Positions 37,491 through 47,186 of a stretch of DNA of 64,000 nucleotides are shown in pieces. Origin of the DNA: Candidatus Multivorans sp. (GTDB taxonomy: Bacteria > Acidobacteriota > Thermoanaerobaculia > Multivoradales > Multivoraceae); assembly GCA_965220845.1 (NCBI GenBank), contig CBDCRA010000005.1:16-64015 (forward strand), given 5' to 3'. The notes below the pieces were generated by a model that was given only the letters and a program-made list of their open reading frames with translations, had not been told where the DNA came from and did not search any database. Position 1 is the first letter of the stretch. Each line of letters begins with the position of its first letter. A program made the translations under genes and the position numbers.

Positions 37491-38648
37491 ATGCGCAACC
37501 AACTCGGCCTTGTCGCCGCCGCCCTTGCCGTGGGCGTCCTGTCCTGCTCGGAGCCCGCGGAGCAGGACCAACCTCCCCGTGTGGAGGCCGACGGCACCGT
37601 TCACGTCCCGGCGTTCGACCTGCCGGAGACCTCCTACCTCAGTGACGAGTCGCGGGCGGCGATGAAGCACTTCCGCGAGGTGTACGGGCCGGAGTTCGGC
37701 ACTTTCTCCGAGGGCTGCGCGAGCCTGAACGACGTCGCCGATGACCTGGACGCGGTGCGCGCGGCGCGCCAGTGCGTCGCCGAGGGCTACTACGAGACCG
37801 CCATCTACCGGTACACCGTCGCCAAGCACCCCGTGGAGATCTCCGCGGAGACGATCGCGGGCGTCTACACCGAGGTGTTCGTTCCGAAGCGGGGCGTCGC
37901 CGAGGAGAACGGGAACCGGCTGCTGATCAGCATTCACGGCGGCGGCTTCCGGGTCGGCGCCCGCTACTTCAGCCATACCGAGGCGATGCAGGTCGCCGAC
38001 ATGGGCGGCTACAGGGTGATCAGCCCCGACTACCGGATGGCGCCGGAGTACACCCACCCGGCCGGCGTCGAGGACGTCATCGCCGTCTACAGGGCGATGC
38101 TAGAGGACTATGACGCCGCGGCCATTGGCCTCTACGGCTGCTCGGCCGGCGCCATGCTGACGGCGCAGACGGTCGCCTACATGCTTGAGAACGACCTGCC
38201 GCTGCCGGGCGCCATCGGCTTGTTCTGCGCCGGCATACCGACGACCGACGGTGACACGCCGGGCGTGTTCAAGATGGGCCGCAGCGAGAGCGCTTTCCTG
38301 GTGTCAGCCATCAACGGCTTTCCGCGCCCGGTCGAACCGGAAGAGCCGCCCCAGCCGAGCGGCTACTTCCGCGGCGTGGAAGCCGGCGACCCCGTGGTCG
38401 CTCCCGGCGACCACGACGACCTGCTGGCCCGCTTCCCGCCGGCGCTACTGATCAGCGGCACCCGCGACTTCGCCCTGGGCGGCGTGCTGGCGAGCCACAA
38501 CAAGCTGGTCAGCCTCGGCGTCGAGGCCGACCTGCACGTCTGGGAGGGTCTCGGCCACGCGACCTTCGCGTTCAACCCCCGCCTGCCCGAGTCGGACGAA
38601 GTGCACCGCGTGATCGTGCGGTTCTTCGACCGGCACCTGTCGCGCTGA
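37491..38648 (+). CDS. Alpha/beta-hydrolase esterase/lipase (HGGG-type), lipoprotein
   Basis: Lipobox (VGVLSC). Oxyanion HGGGF and nucleophile GCSAGA (GxSxG). Alternative GTG start at 37464. Confidence 0.8.
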   Translation: MRNQLGLVAAALAVGVLSCSEPAEQDQPPRVEADGTVHVPAFDLPETSYLSDESRAAMKHFREVYGPEFGTFSEGCASLNDVADDLDAVRAARQCVAEGYYETAIYRYTVAKHPVEISAETIAGVYTEVFVPKRGVAEENGNRLLISIHGGGFRVGARYFSHTEAMQVADMGGYRVISPDYRMAPEYTHPAGVEDVIAVYRAMLEDYDAAAIGLYGCSAGAMLTAQTVAYMLENDLPLPGAIGLFCAGIPTTDGDTPGVFKMGRSESAFLVSAINGFPRPVEPEEPPQPSGYFRGVEAGDPVVAPGDHDDLLARFPPALLISGTRDFALGGVLASHNKLVSLGVEADLHVWEGLGHATFAFNPRLPESDEVHRVIVRFFDRHLSR

Positions 38649-38871
38649 GACGTGCGTTCTGCTCGGGACTAGGCCGATGATGAAGTAGAGCACAGGCTCT
38701 CTCGCGACCCGCACAGTGCGCTCGAGGCTTTGTAAGTCTTCGTGAATCAACTAGGGGACTAGATGCGGTGCTAGTCGCCCGTTCGACGCCCAGCGTGACG
38801 GCCGGAGTGTAGATCACGAGTGAAGTAGACTCCGGCTAGCAAGAAACACCCCCGGTCCGAGGACGCCAGTT

Positions 38872-39399
38872 GTGACAAGGAAGAACAACGTCAGTTGGAA
38901 GCCCGACTACTACCTCTACAGCGTCCTCCTGCCCAAGCGGGCGGGTCTGATCAGGGACATAGAGGACTCAGGCAAGAGAAACCGAGAACGACGGAGCGAT
39001 GACTACCACGGAGTACAGACGCGGGCTGCCTACTACTGTGAGGTCGCGCTGAAGTGTCTCATCTCGGCACTCGGTGCACAGCCTCAATGGACACATGACC
39101 TGCACGTTCTGTACAAGAAGGCTGACCAGCTATATCCAGGAGACCTTGATCGGGAGATTCAGGCCCGAATAGAGAGGCTGGCTGAGTCTGCTCCCGTGCT
39201 GGAGGCCTTTCACTTCGCCGAGCCTTCTGGTGTCACCAAGACCGCGAGGAACTACTATAAGAAGTCTCGCTATCCCAAAGCCGTGCCCCCAGGACAGTGG
39301 AGCGATCCTCAGCTTGCTCCTCACCACCTGTTCGCTGTTGGCGACGGAGCAGCAGCGCTAACAGAAGAGCTCCTGAGGTCCTCATCGAGGGCAGTCTGA
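38872..39399 (+). CDS. Hypothetical protein, possible HEPN-like domain
   Basis: 175 aa, in the lower-GC islet. The segment CEVALKCLISALGAQPQWTHDLHVLYKKA resembles the HEPN core helix pair, which is weak evidence. Confidence 0.4.
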   Translation: MTRKNNVSWKPDYYLYSVLLPKRAGLIRDIEDSGKRNRERRSDDYHGVQTRAAYYCEVALKCLISALGAQPQWTHDLHVLYKKADQLYPGDLDREIQARIERLAESAPVLEAFHFAEPSGVTKTARNYYKKSRYPKAVPPGQWSDPQLAPHHLFAVGDGAAALTEELLRSSSRAV

Positions 39400-39424
39400 G
39401 GATCGGCTAGAGGCCCCTGTCTAC

Positions 39425-39885
39425 AGCCCTTCGTAGGCTCGCGCCTCGCCGGTGTAGGTCCCGACACTAGGCTTCACGTTCTTCTCGATGAAGCCGTGTA
39501 CCGTATGGGCGTCGGTGTTCCTGACCACCTTCGCCTTGATCTTTCTGGTCCTGCGGTCCTTGATCCCGACGACGGCAGTCTTACTGGCCTTTCACCGACG
39601 CCCAAGTTCCCGGCGCTTCGAGGCAGGCGTGTTCTTTCACCTTTCGCCGATGAACGTCTCGTCGGCTTCTAAAGGACCCGCGAACAGCTCGATCTGGTCG
39701 GGCCAGTTCTCGCGAATGCGGTGGGCCGAGTCCACGCCGAGCGTGATCCGCAGGTCACGGTGGACCTTCATGGACGACTGACCCTTGAGACCTGTGATGA
39801 GCAGGTAGATCGTCAGCGCCCATTCCTGAGGATGCCACGGCGGAAGGCAGTCCAACTGCCGCGCCGGCCGAAGCGTCGTCAGCAC
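39425..39885 (-). pseudogene. IS1595-family (ISXO2-like) transposase remnant, truncated with in-frame stops
   Basis: ALTIYLLITGLKGQSSMKVHRDLRITLGVDSAHRIRENW ... EADETFIGER*KN..KRRELGRR*KASKTAVVGIKDRRTRKIKAKVVRNTDAHTVHGFIEKNVKP matches the IS1595 HTH + DDE-N region. Two in-frame TGA codons. Both ends are missing. Confidence 0.7.
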
Positions 39886-39888
39886 CCG

Positions 39889-41046
39889 TTAGTAGTCCAT
39901 GTTCGCGTGCCTGTCGTAGAGAGCTGCCTGTTCGGCGAGAAACGTGCCCATTTCCTCTTCGGACTGCATCGCGCGCGCGTATTTTCCGTCCTTGGCGAAA
40001 CTCAGGTTCAAAGGAAGTCCGCTCTCTTGGATGTAGAGCTTGGCCGGTGATCGGGATCCGGACCAGAGATGCTCTATGAATCGTTCGATCAACTCAACGG
40101 TCTCGTGTTCGACAAAGTCGATACCTCGTCCGAATCGGGGTGTGCCGCTCTGTCCTTCGTCCGGCAGCGTTAGTGGAACAGCTCCCACGCTAGAGTGAAA
40201 CAGCAATGTCTCCCGGCTTCTTCCGAATGAACCATGCGCGTCGAAGTTCCTGATCTGCTGGCGGATCGCCATGAGGTCTTTGAAGTACTCCAGCGTGACT
40301 GCATCGGCACAGTCCATTGCCAACTTGAACTTCTTGGGCCAGTTCTTGTCGGCGGCTCTGCGCACGTCCGCACCAGTCACCAGGTCGCCTTGTAGGATAG
40401 CGATGTGAACGAAGACGTGATCAGTCCAGCTAAAGAAGGTGTCGATCGCCGTGAGCGCGAGCCACTTCGCTTTTCGGTTTAGCTCCAGTGCAGGAGTGAA
40501 GTAGAGGCTTACGCCGGGCGGCAGCTCACGGTGCAGGGTTTCGTCGTTCCCGAGGGCGGTCGCCTCTGCCCGCGTTTCGATGTACTGGTCGCGGTAGAAG
40601 CGGTAGCGATCATAGAGTTCGGTCGAGCGGTTGAGTACGGTAAGAGCGGAGCCATTGGCGGCTTGATCGGCTAGCGACTTGAAGTAGGGCTCGGCGATCG
40701 CTACGGCAGCTGTTAGGCGCGTTACGATGGTCTGAGCGGGCTCCTCGTCGAGTACCTTGTGTTGCGCGAAGATACCGAAACCACTCTTTCGGTGCTCGAG
40801 GAGGAAGGCTCGGCCGTTGAAGTCAAGGAGTACGCCCCACGCGATTTTCTCGGCGCGGCCAAGATTCTTGTAGCCAAGAAGGTCAACGAGTAGGAAGTAG
40901 ACCAGATAGTAGGGCGGTAGGGAGTCGCTGGCGCGGGTCCACTTGGCGGAGAGTAGGAAGTCCCGAGGGGCGCGAGTGGTGGAGTCCACTGGTTTGATCG
41001 GGTGGAGGATTGTGCGGGCGGCGTTCTGGATTTCGGAGGTGTCCAC
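39889..41046 (-). CDS. Hypothetical protein (385 aa), no recognisable domain
   Basis: Long ORF with clearly lower GC than the surrounding genome. Divergent from the RtcR-like regulator gene and adjacent to the IS remnant. Confidence 0.5.
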   Translation of the reverse strand: MDTSEIQNAARTILHPIKPVDSTTRAPRDFLLSAKWTRASDSLPPYYLVYFLLVDLLGYKNLGRAEKIAWGVLLDFNGRAFLLEHRKSGFGIFAQHKVLDEEPAQTIVTRLTAAVAIAEPYFKSLADQAANGSALTVLNRSTELYDRYRFYRDQYIETRAEATALGNDETLHRELPPGVSLYFTPALELNRKAKWLALTAIDTFFSWTDHVFVHIAILQGDLVTGADVRRAADKNWPKKFKLAMDCADAVTLEYFKDLMAIRQQIRNFDAHGSFGRSRETLLFHSSVGAVPLTLPDEGQSGTPRFGRGIDFVEHETVELIERFIEHLWSGSRSPAKLYIQESGLPLNLSFAKDGKYARAMQSEEEMGTFLAEQAALYDRHANMDY

Positions 41047-41213
41047 GATTTGGCGGCTTTCACGGAGTAGAGCTTGGGGAAGCAGGTTCTAGGTGGTAGG
41101 GACTCGGCAGGGTTGGCGAGCTGTGGGATTCTAGGCCGTCTTCGCCTCGTACGTGGGGACCTTTAGAGCAAGAGATCTTGCGTGGTCAACAACTATCCTT
41201 GTACCCTCGACGG

Positions 41214-42725
41214 ATGCACAAGGTCCTCATCTCATGGATCGGCACCACGGATCTTCGCGCACCCGAGGAGGGCGCGGAGGTCGGCAGGGGGCCCGTCGCA
41301 CAGGCCCTCGAAGAGCTCCGCTTCGACGAGGCTCGCCTGCTGACGAACCATGAGCCGGAGACGGTCGAGCCGTACCGCTCGTGGCTTCGGGCCCGAGCCC
41401 CGGAAGTCCAGATTCAGGTAGCGCAGGAGGCCCTGAGCAGCCCGACGGACTTCGGAGAGATCTACGCTGCCGCTGTTGGCGCTTGCGGCGCCGTGGTGGA
41501 GAAGGCGCCGGTCGCCAGCTCGCTCACGTTCCACTTGAGCCCCGGTACACCCGCGATGGCGGCGATCTGGGTCATTCTGGCCAAGACCCGTTTCCCCGCG
41601 GAGCTCATCGAATCCTCCCGCCAGCACGGGGTCCGCGTCGCGTCCGTACCGTTCGACATCAGCGCGGACTTCCTTCCCGATCTCCTCCGCCGGCCCGACC
41701 GGGAACTAGAGCGTCTATCCGCCGGCCTGGCGTCCGAAGCGCCGGAGTTCGATGAGATCCTGCACCGGAGTGCGGCGATGAGACGGGTCATCCTGCGCGC
41801 TCGGCGGGTCGCCCCCCGCTCCGTACCCGTCCTGATCGAGGGAGAAACCGGCACGGGCAAGGAACTGGTGGCGAGAGCGATCCACCGCGCCAGTCCCCGT
41901 CGCGACCGGCCTTTCGTGGCGGTGAACTGCGGCGCCCTCTCGCCCGAACTCGTTGAGTCCGAGCTCTTCGGGCACGAGCGGGGCGCCTTCACCGGCGCCT
42001 CGGCGCGCCGCGACGGCCACTTCGTCGCTGCCGATGGTGGCACGCTCTTTCTCGACGAGATAGGCGAGCTTCCTCTATCCGCCCAGGTGAAGCTCCTCCG
42101 CGCCTTGCAGGAAGGGGAGGTCCTGCCCGTTGGAAGTTCTCGGCCGCGCTCCGTGAACGTCAGGCCGATCGCCGCGACCAACCGTTCCCTCCCGTCGGAA
42201 GTAGGAGCCGGTCGTTTCCGCGAAGATCTCTTCTACCGTCTGGCCGTCGCAGTTCTTCGACTGCCGTCACTCCGCGAACGGGCCGAGGACCTGGCGCTCC
42301 TGATCGACCGGCTCCTGGAACGGGTCAATCGTGAGAGCGAACAACAACCGGGTCAGGTGCACAAGAAGCTGTCTGCTGGCGCAAGGAACCTCCTGCTCTC
42401 GCACCCGTGGCCGGGAAACGTGCGGGAGCTTCAGAACACCTTGAGCCGAGCTGCCTTGTGGTCCTCGGAGGAGACTCTGACGGTGGACGATGTGCGCGAG
42501 GCGCTGCTGCCCGTCGCAGCGAGCGACCGGGCCGAGACTGTGCTGAATCGCCCTCTGGGCAACGGCCTCGACGTTCGGGCTGTCCTGGCGGGCGTGGCCC
42601 GTCACTATCTGGAGCGCGCCCTGGACGAAGCCGGAGGCAACAAGACGGAGGCCGCCCGACTCGTGGGGCTTCCCAGCTACCAGACGCTCACCAACTGGAT
42701 GAAGCGTTATGGTCTGACCCCGTGA
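41214..42725 (+). CDS. RtcR-like sigma-54-dependent transcriptional activator: N-terminal CARF-like domain + AAA+ sigma-54 interaction domain + C-terminal HTH
   Basis: N-terminus ([14 protein letters not shown] ... [32 protein letters not shown]) aligns by eye with the E. coli RtcR CARF region (...HITTGTHVAQICWFLLAEARYLPARLIQSS). Central [21 protein letters not shown] and ESELFGHE motifs. Fis-type HTH at the C-terminus. ATG 41214 (the track gives 41178). Confidence 0.8.
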   Translation: MHKVLISWIGTTDLRAPEEGAEVGRGPVAQALEELRFDEARLLTNHEPETVEPYRSWLRARAPEVQIQVAQEALSSPTDFGEIYAAAVGACGAVVEKAPVASSLTFHLSPGTPAMAAIWVILAKTRFPAELIESSRQHGVRVASVPFDISADFLPDLLRRPDRELERLSAGLASEAPEFDEILHRSAAMRRVILRARRVAPRSVPVLIEGETGTGKELVARAIHRASPRRDRPFVAVNCGALSPELVESELFGHERGAFTGASARRDGHFVAADGGTLFLDEIGELPLSAQVKLLRALQEGEVLPVGSSRPRSVNVRPIAATNRSLPSEVGAGRFREDLFYRLAVAVLRLPSLRERAEDLALLIDRLLERVNRESEQQPGQVHKKLSAGARNLLLSHPWPGNVRELQNTLSRAALWSSEETLTVDDVREALLPVAASDRAETVLNRPLGNGLDVRAVLAGVARHYLERALDEAGGNKTEAARLVGLPSYQTLTNWMKRYGLTP

Positions 42726-42741
42726 TGGCACGCCGTTTGCT
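42726..42741 (+). promoter_or_regulatory. Sigma-54 (-24/-12) promoter TGGCACGCCGTTTGCT
   Basis: Exact match to the TGGCACG-N4-TTGCW consensus, with GG and GC separated by 10 nt. It begins one nucleotide after the regulator stop and ends about 34 nt before the hsdR-like start. Confidence 0.8.
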
Positions 42742-42774
42742 CTCCAGTCTCCTCGCATGTTCGAGGAAGCCCCG

Positions 42775-45516
42775 ATGACGCCGCGCGAGACCGAGGCGGA
42801 TGCCCGGATCGTGATCGACGACCTGCTGAAGCAGGCCGGCTGGAATCCGAGCGACAAGTCCATGGTCGCGACGGAAGCGCCGGCGGTCATGCCTGACCGG
42901 CCCGGCCCGCTGGTGGACCGCTACGGCGCCCGTCCGTTCGAGACGCACGCCCCCGCCTACGACCTCGTCGCCTCCGCCGGCGACTTCGGCCCGGACCGGC
43001 TCGTCGGCAAGGCCGGCGACGAGATCGGCTGGGCGCCCGTGCCAAGCTCGGTACATCTGACGCGCGACCACTTCGTAGCTCGCGTCGAGGGGCGTTCGAT
43101 GGAACCGGCGATCCCGGACGGGTCCTGGTGCCTGTTCCGGGCCGACCGGGGAGGAAGCCGCGAAGGCAAGCGGGTTCTCGTCTGGCACCGGGGCTGCACC
43201 GACCCGGCACTCGGTGGAGAGTTCTCGATCAAGCGCTACACGAGCAGGAAGGCCGGCAACGGCGACGGGACGTGGCGACACCGCGAGATCCGCCTGGAAC
43301 CGCTCAACCCGGATCCCGAGTTCCGCCCCCTCGTCTTCTCCCCGGAGGCCGAGGACGATCTGCGCGTGGTGGGTGAGCTCGTGGAAGTCCTCGACCTGGA
43401 GGAAGCCGGCGACGGCGCCGCGGCCGGTGGCGGACGGGCCGACTACGTCCTCTACGACGGCCGCGGCCGACCGCTGGCCGTGATCGAGGCCAAGCGGAAC
43501 GCGATCCACCCCTACGTGGCCAAGCAGCAGGCTCTCCCCTACGCGAAAGCGCTCGACGCGCCCTTCATCTTCCTCGCCAACGGCGAACAGACCTACTTCT
43601 GGGACTGGAAGAACGACGATGCCCGCGAGGTCGCCAGCTTCTTCTCGCAGCGCGACCTGGAACGGCTGGTCGAAGCCCAGGAGAACCGCAAGCCGCTCGC
43701 CACCATCGAGATTCCCGAGCACTACAGTCGCCAGGGCGAGATCCGCACCCTCCGCCCGTACCAGACGGACGCCATGCGGGCGCTCGACCACGCGCTGGAG
43801 CTCGGCAAGCGGCGCTTTCTCATCGAGCTGCCGACCGGCACGGGCAAGACGGATCTCACCTGTCTCTACCTGAAGCGGCTCTTCGAGGCAGGCTGGGTCG
43901 AACGGGTGCTCGTCCTGGTCGACCGGGAGCAGTTGGCCAAGCAGTTCCTGGAGGCGGTGCAGGACCTGCTCCCACAGCACTCCAGCTACTGGATGCGGTC
44001 GGGCATGGCGCGTCAGGAGCAGCAGATCACGGTTGCCTTGCTTCAGACGATGATCGGCCGGATCGAGGAATACACGGCCGGCTACTTCGACGTCGTGGTC
44101 ACCGACGAGTGCCACCGCTCGATCTACGACGGCTGGAAGCCCGCGCTGACCCGCTTCGAGGCGGTGCACGTCGGCCTGACCGCCACGCCGGCCAACTACA
44201 TCGAGCGCAACACCTACGACTTCTACCACTGCAAGCCGGGCAAGCCCGACTTCAGCTTTCCGATCCAGGACGCCTTCCGCGAGGGCTACCTGGCGCCGTA
44301 CTGCTTCGCGACCGGCATCACCGAACTGGTGGCCGAGGGCGCCGAAGTGGACGACGAGCACTACGACCCGGCCGCGTTCGAGAAGAAGTGGACCAACGAA
44401 GCCAGCAATCGCCTGATGATGAAGGAGTTCGACGAACTTGCCTGGGCGACGTTCGAGGAGTTGGCCCCGCAGCAGAACCCCGGCCCGGGCAAGTCGATCG
44501 TCTTTGCGATCAGCAAGCACCACGCCGCGCGTCTGGCCGAGTACCTCAACGAACTCCACCCGGAACACAAGGGACGCTACGCAAAGGTCATCACGTCCGA
44601 CGTACCGGATCCAGGTGCTCTGATCCGCCGGTTCAAGCACGAGCCCTACCCGCAAGTGGCCGTGAGCGTCGGCATGCTCGACACCGGCTTCGACTGCCGC
44701 GAAGTGCTCCACCTGGTGCTCTGCCGGCGGGTGCGCAGCCCCATCCTGTACCAGCAGATGCGTGGTCGCGGCACCCGCATGGCGCCCCACATCGACAAGC
44801 GGAAGTTCGTGATCTACGACTTTTTCCGCAACCACCAGTACTTCAACGACAGCGACACGGACGCATTCACGGGTGCCGCCGGGGGACATGCGCCCGCGAC
44901 TCCCGATAGTCCTTCGACGTACCGCGGCGACCTGGTGGAACTCGGTCTCGAGGACGAGTGGCTCGAAGCGGTCGGATACGTCGAGGTCGGTCCGGAAGGC
45001 GAACGGGTCGACAAGGAGAAGTACAAGAGCGATTGGCAGGAAGCGGTCCAGGCCCGAGTGGCCGACGACCCGCTGCTCCGCAAGGTGCGGGACGAAGAGG
45101 CGCTCGAGGCCGGCGAGGAAGAGGAACTCGCCCGGCGCCTGAACCGGCCGGAGCGCTACTTCAACGAGGACAACCTCCGCCGCGCCTACCGTGATCCGAG
45201 CGGAACGCTCGTTGATTTCATCCGCGCCGCTCTCGGCACGCTGCGCATCAAGAGCCGCGAGGAGAAGCTCGAAGAAGCGTTCCGCGCTTGGCTCGTGTCG
45301 CGTACGTTCACCCCGCGTCAGGCCGAGTACCTGAGTCTGCTGAAGAACCGGGGCATCGCCACCGGGCTCGTGCGCATCGAAGACCTGTTCGAGCCGCCGC
45401 TTTCGATTCTCGACGTCGCCGGCAAGGGAGTGGCTCTCTTCGGCGAGCAGGGTCTGAGTGATGTCGTGGACGACCTGAACGAAGGTGTCTTCCTGCCTGC
45501 GAAGCGGGCGAGCTGA
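42775..45516 (+). CDS. hsdR: Type I restriction enzyme R subunit (HsdR-like) with a LexA-like S24 peptidase domain inserted into the N-terminal PD-(D/E)xK nuclease region
   Basis: HsdR_N start motif (ARIVIDDLLKQAGWNP). Then about 190 aa of S24 fold (GRSMEPAIPDG Ser, FSIKRY Lys, a candidate A-G cleavage site in LVASAGDFG), then the rest of HsdR_N (ADYVLYDGRGRPLAVIEAKR). SF2 helicase motifs I (LPTGTGKT) and II (DECH) and a C-terminal domain. Probable start at ATG 42775 (SD GAGGAAG); the track gives 42757. Confidence 0.8.
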   Translation: MTPRETEADARIVIDDLLKQAGWNPSDKSMVATEAPAVMPDRPGPLVDRYGARPFETHAPAYDLVASAGDFGPDRLVGKAGDEIGWAPVPSSVHLTRDHFVARVEGRSMEPAIPDGSWCLFRADRGGSREGKRVLVWHRGCTDPALGGEFSIKRYTSRKAGNGDGTWRHREIRLEPLNPDPEFRPLVFSPEAEDDLRVVGELVEVLDLEEAGDGAAAGGGRADYVLYDGRGRPLAVIEAKRNAIHPYVAKQQALPYAKALDAPFIFLANGEQTYFWDWKNDDAREVASFFSQRDLERLVEAQENRKPLATIEIPEHYSRQGEIRTLRPYQTDAMRALDHALELGKRRFLIELPTGTGKTDLTCLYLKRLFEAGWVERVLVLVDREQLAKQFLEAVQDLLPQHSSYWMRSGMARQEQQITVALLQTMIGRIEEYTAGYFDVVVTDECHRSIYDGWKPALTRFEAVHVGLTATPANYIERNTYDFYHCKPGKPDFSFPIQDAFREGYLAPYCFATGITELVAEGAEVDDEHYDPAAFEKKWTNEASNRLMMKEFDELAWATFEELAPQQNPGPGKSIVFAISKHHAARLAEYLNELHPEHKGRYAKVITSDVPDPGALIRRFKHEPYPQVAVSVGMLDTGFDCREVLHLVLCRRVRSPILYQQMRGRGTRMAPHIDKRKFVIYDFFRNHQYFNDSDTDAFTGAAGGHAPATPDSPSTYRGDLVELGLEDEWLEAVGYVEVGPEGERVDKEKYKSDWQEAVQARVADDPLLRKVRDEEALEAGEEEELARRLNRPERYFNEDNLRRAYRDPSGTLVDFIRAALGTLRIKSREEKLEEAFRAWLVSRTFTPRQAEYLSLLKNRGIATGLVRIEDLFEPPLSILDVAGKGVALFGEQGLSDVVDDLNEGVFLPAKRAS

Positions 45517-45536
45517 GAAAGGGACGCTCGAGAACC

Positions 45537-47186
45537 ATGGACCACAGCCTGCGGCGCAAGCTCGACCGGATCACCGACATCCTCTGGGCGGGGGGCGTCA
45601 CGAACCCCGTCACCTACATCGAGCAGATCTCCTATCTCATCTACCTCAAGCTGCTCGACGAAGAAGAGGCCAACCGCGAACTGCGGGCGCGACTCGCCGG
45701 CGGCAACGGCGCGCGCCTCTTCCCCCTCCAGGCGGAGCGATACCGCTGGAGCAAGTGGCGGTTCAAGAGCGGGAACGACCTGCGCGACTTCGTGCGGGAC
45801 GAGGTCTTCCCCTACATGGCCTCGCTCGTGAAGGACGAGCCGCAGGTAGCCGGCTATTTCCGCGATGCCGTGCTGGAGATCACCGATCCCAACGTGCTCA
45901 AGCAGGTGATCGACGAACTCGACGGCATCGAGTTTCAGAAGCTCGGGCCGGACGTCAAGGGCGATGTCTTCGAGTACCTCCTGACGCATTTGGGCCAGTC
46001 GGCCTTGAACGGCCAGTTCCGCACGCCGCGCCAGATTCGGGCGTTCATGGTGCAGATGACGGACCCGGATCTCGGAGACACGATCTACGACCCCGCTTGC
46101 GGCACGGCCGGCTTCCTGATCGACGCCGTGGACCACATCCTCGCTCGCTACAGCGAGAACCCCGAGGAGGTCCCCATCTACGGTGAGGACTGGCTGGAGA
46201 AACGCGGGCAGACTCCGGAGGAAGCCAAGGCCGAGATCCCGAATCTCCAGACGTACCGCAAGGGAGCCGGTGACCTACTGCCGGATTGGAAACGGCTCGA
46301 AGCATCCATCCACGGCACCGACGTTTCCCGCCAGATGATGCGCGTCGCCGTGATGAACCTGGTGCTGCACGGCATCCGCGGTGCTCGCGTCAAGCGCGCC
46401 AACGTGCTCTCCGAGATGAGCGGGCTTACCGAGGACGACCTGCATCGGCAGTACAAGGTGATTCTCTCGAACCCGCCGTTTGCGGGCCAGATCCCAAGCG
46501 AGTCGGTCCGAGCCGATCTCCCGACCAGGTCGAAGAAGAGCGAACTCTTGTTCCTGTCCCTGATGATGCGCTCGCTCGCCCCCGGCGGACGCTGCGCCGT
46601 GGTGGTGCCGGAGGGCCTGCTCTTCGGCTCCACGAGGGCCCATCGGGAACTGCGCGAGAGGCTGTTGCACGAGTTCGAAGTGCTGGCGGTCGTCTCGCTG
46701 CCAGCGGGAGTGTTCAAGCCCTACGCGGGCGTCAAGACATCGGTGCTCGTCTTCCGGCGCCCCAGGACCGAGCTTGAAGACGGCGACGGCGCGACGCGAC
46801 AGGTCTGGTTCTACGAGATCCGGAACGACGGATACGACCCGGACAAGATCCAGCAAGGCGGGCGTCCCGAGACGCCGTTCGAGAACGACATCCCTGCTCT
46901 ACTGGCAGCTTGGGCCGCGTACAGCGGTGCGCGCTTCGAGGAGCCGCCTGGCGTCCATGTGGGGAGTGTTCTTCCCCCTGGGAGTGAAGAGCCTCGGTCG
47001 TGGTTCGCTCCTCTCGATCGCATCGCCGACAACGACTTCAGCTTGGCCGCTTCTCGCTACAAGCCCATCGTTGCCGAGGAGGTTCCACGAGAGGATCCGG
47101 CTCAGTTGATCCGAGAGGTTATGGCGATTGAAGAGAGGATCGCCTCGGGACTCGAAGGCCTTCTGGAAGAGGTCGAAGGATCGTGA
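45537..47186 (+). CDS. hsdM: Type I R-M N6-adenine DNA methyltransferase subunit (HsdM)
   Basis: HsdM_N region and NPPF catalytic motif (ILSNPPFAG). 549 aa. Confidence 0.9.
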   Translation: MDHSLRRKLDRITDILWAGGVTNPVTYIEQISYLIYLKLLDEEEANRELRARLAGGNGARLFPLQAERYRWSKWRFKSGNDLRDFVRDEVFPYMASLVKDEPQVAGYFRDAVLEITDPNVLKQVIDELDGIEFQKLGPDVKGDVFEYLLTHLGQSALNGQFRTPRQIRAFMVQMTDPDLGDTIYDPACGTAGFLIDAVDHILARYSENPEEVPIYGEDWLEKRGQTPEEAKAEIPNLQTYRKGAGDLLPDWKRLEASIHGTDVSRQMMRVAVMNLVLHGIRGARVKRANVLSEMSGLTEDDLHRQYKVILSNPPFAGQIPSESVRADLPTRSKKSELLFLSLMMRSLAPGGRCAVVVPEGLLFGSTRAHRELRERLLHEFEVLAVVSLPAGVFKPYAGVKTSVLVFRRPRTELEDGDGATRQVWFYEIRNDGYDPDKIQQGGRPETPFENDIPALLAAWAAYSGARFEEPPGVHVGSVLPPGSEEPRSWFAPLDRIADNDFSLAASRYKPIVAEEVPREDPAQLIREVMAIEERIASGLEGLLEEVEGS

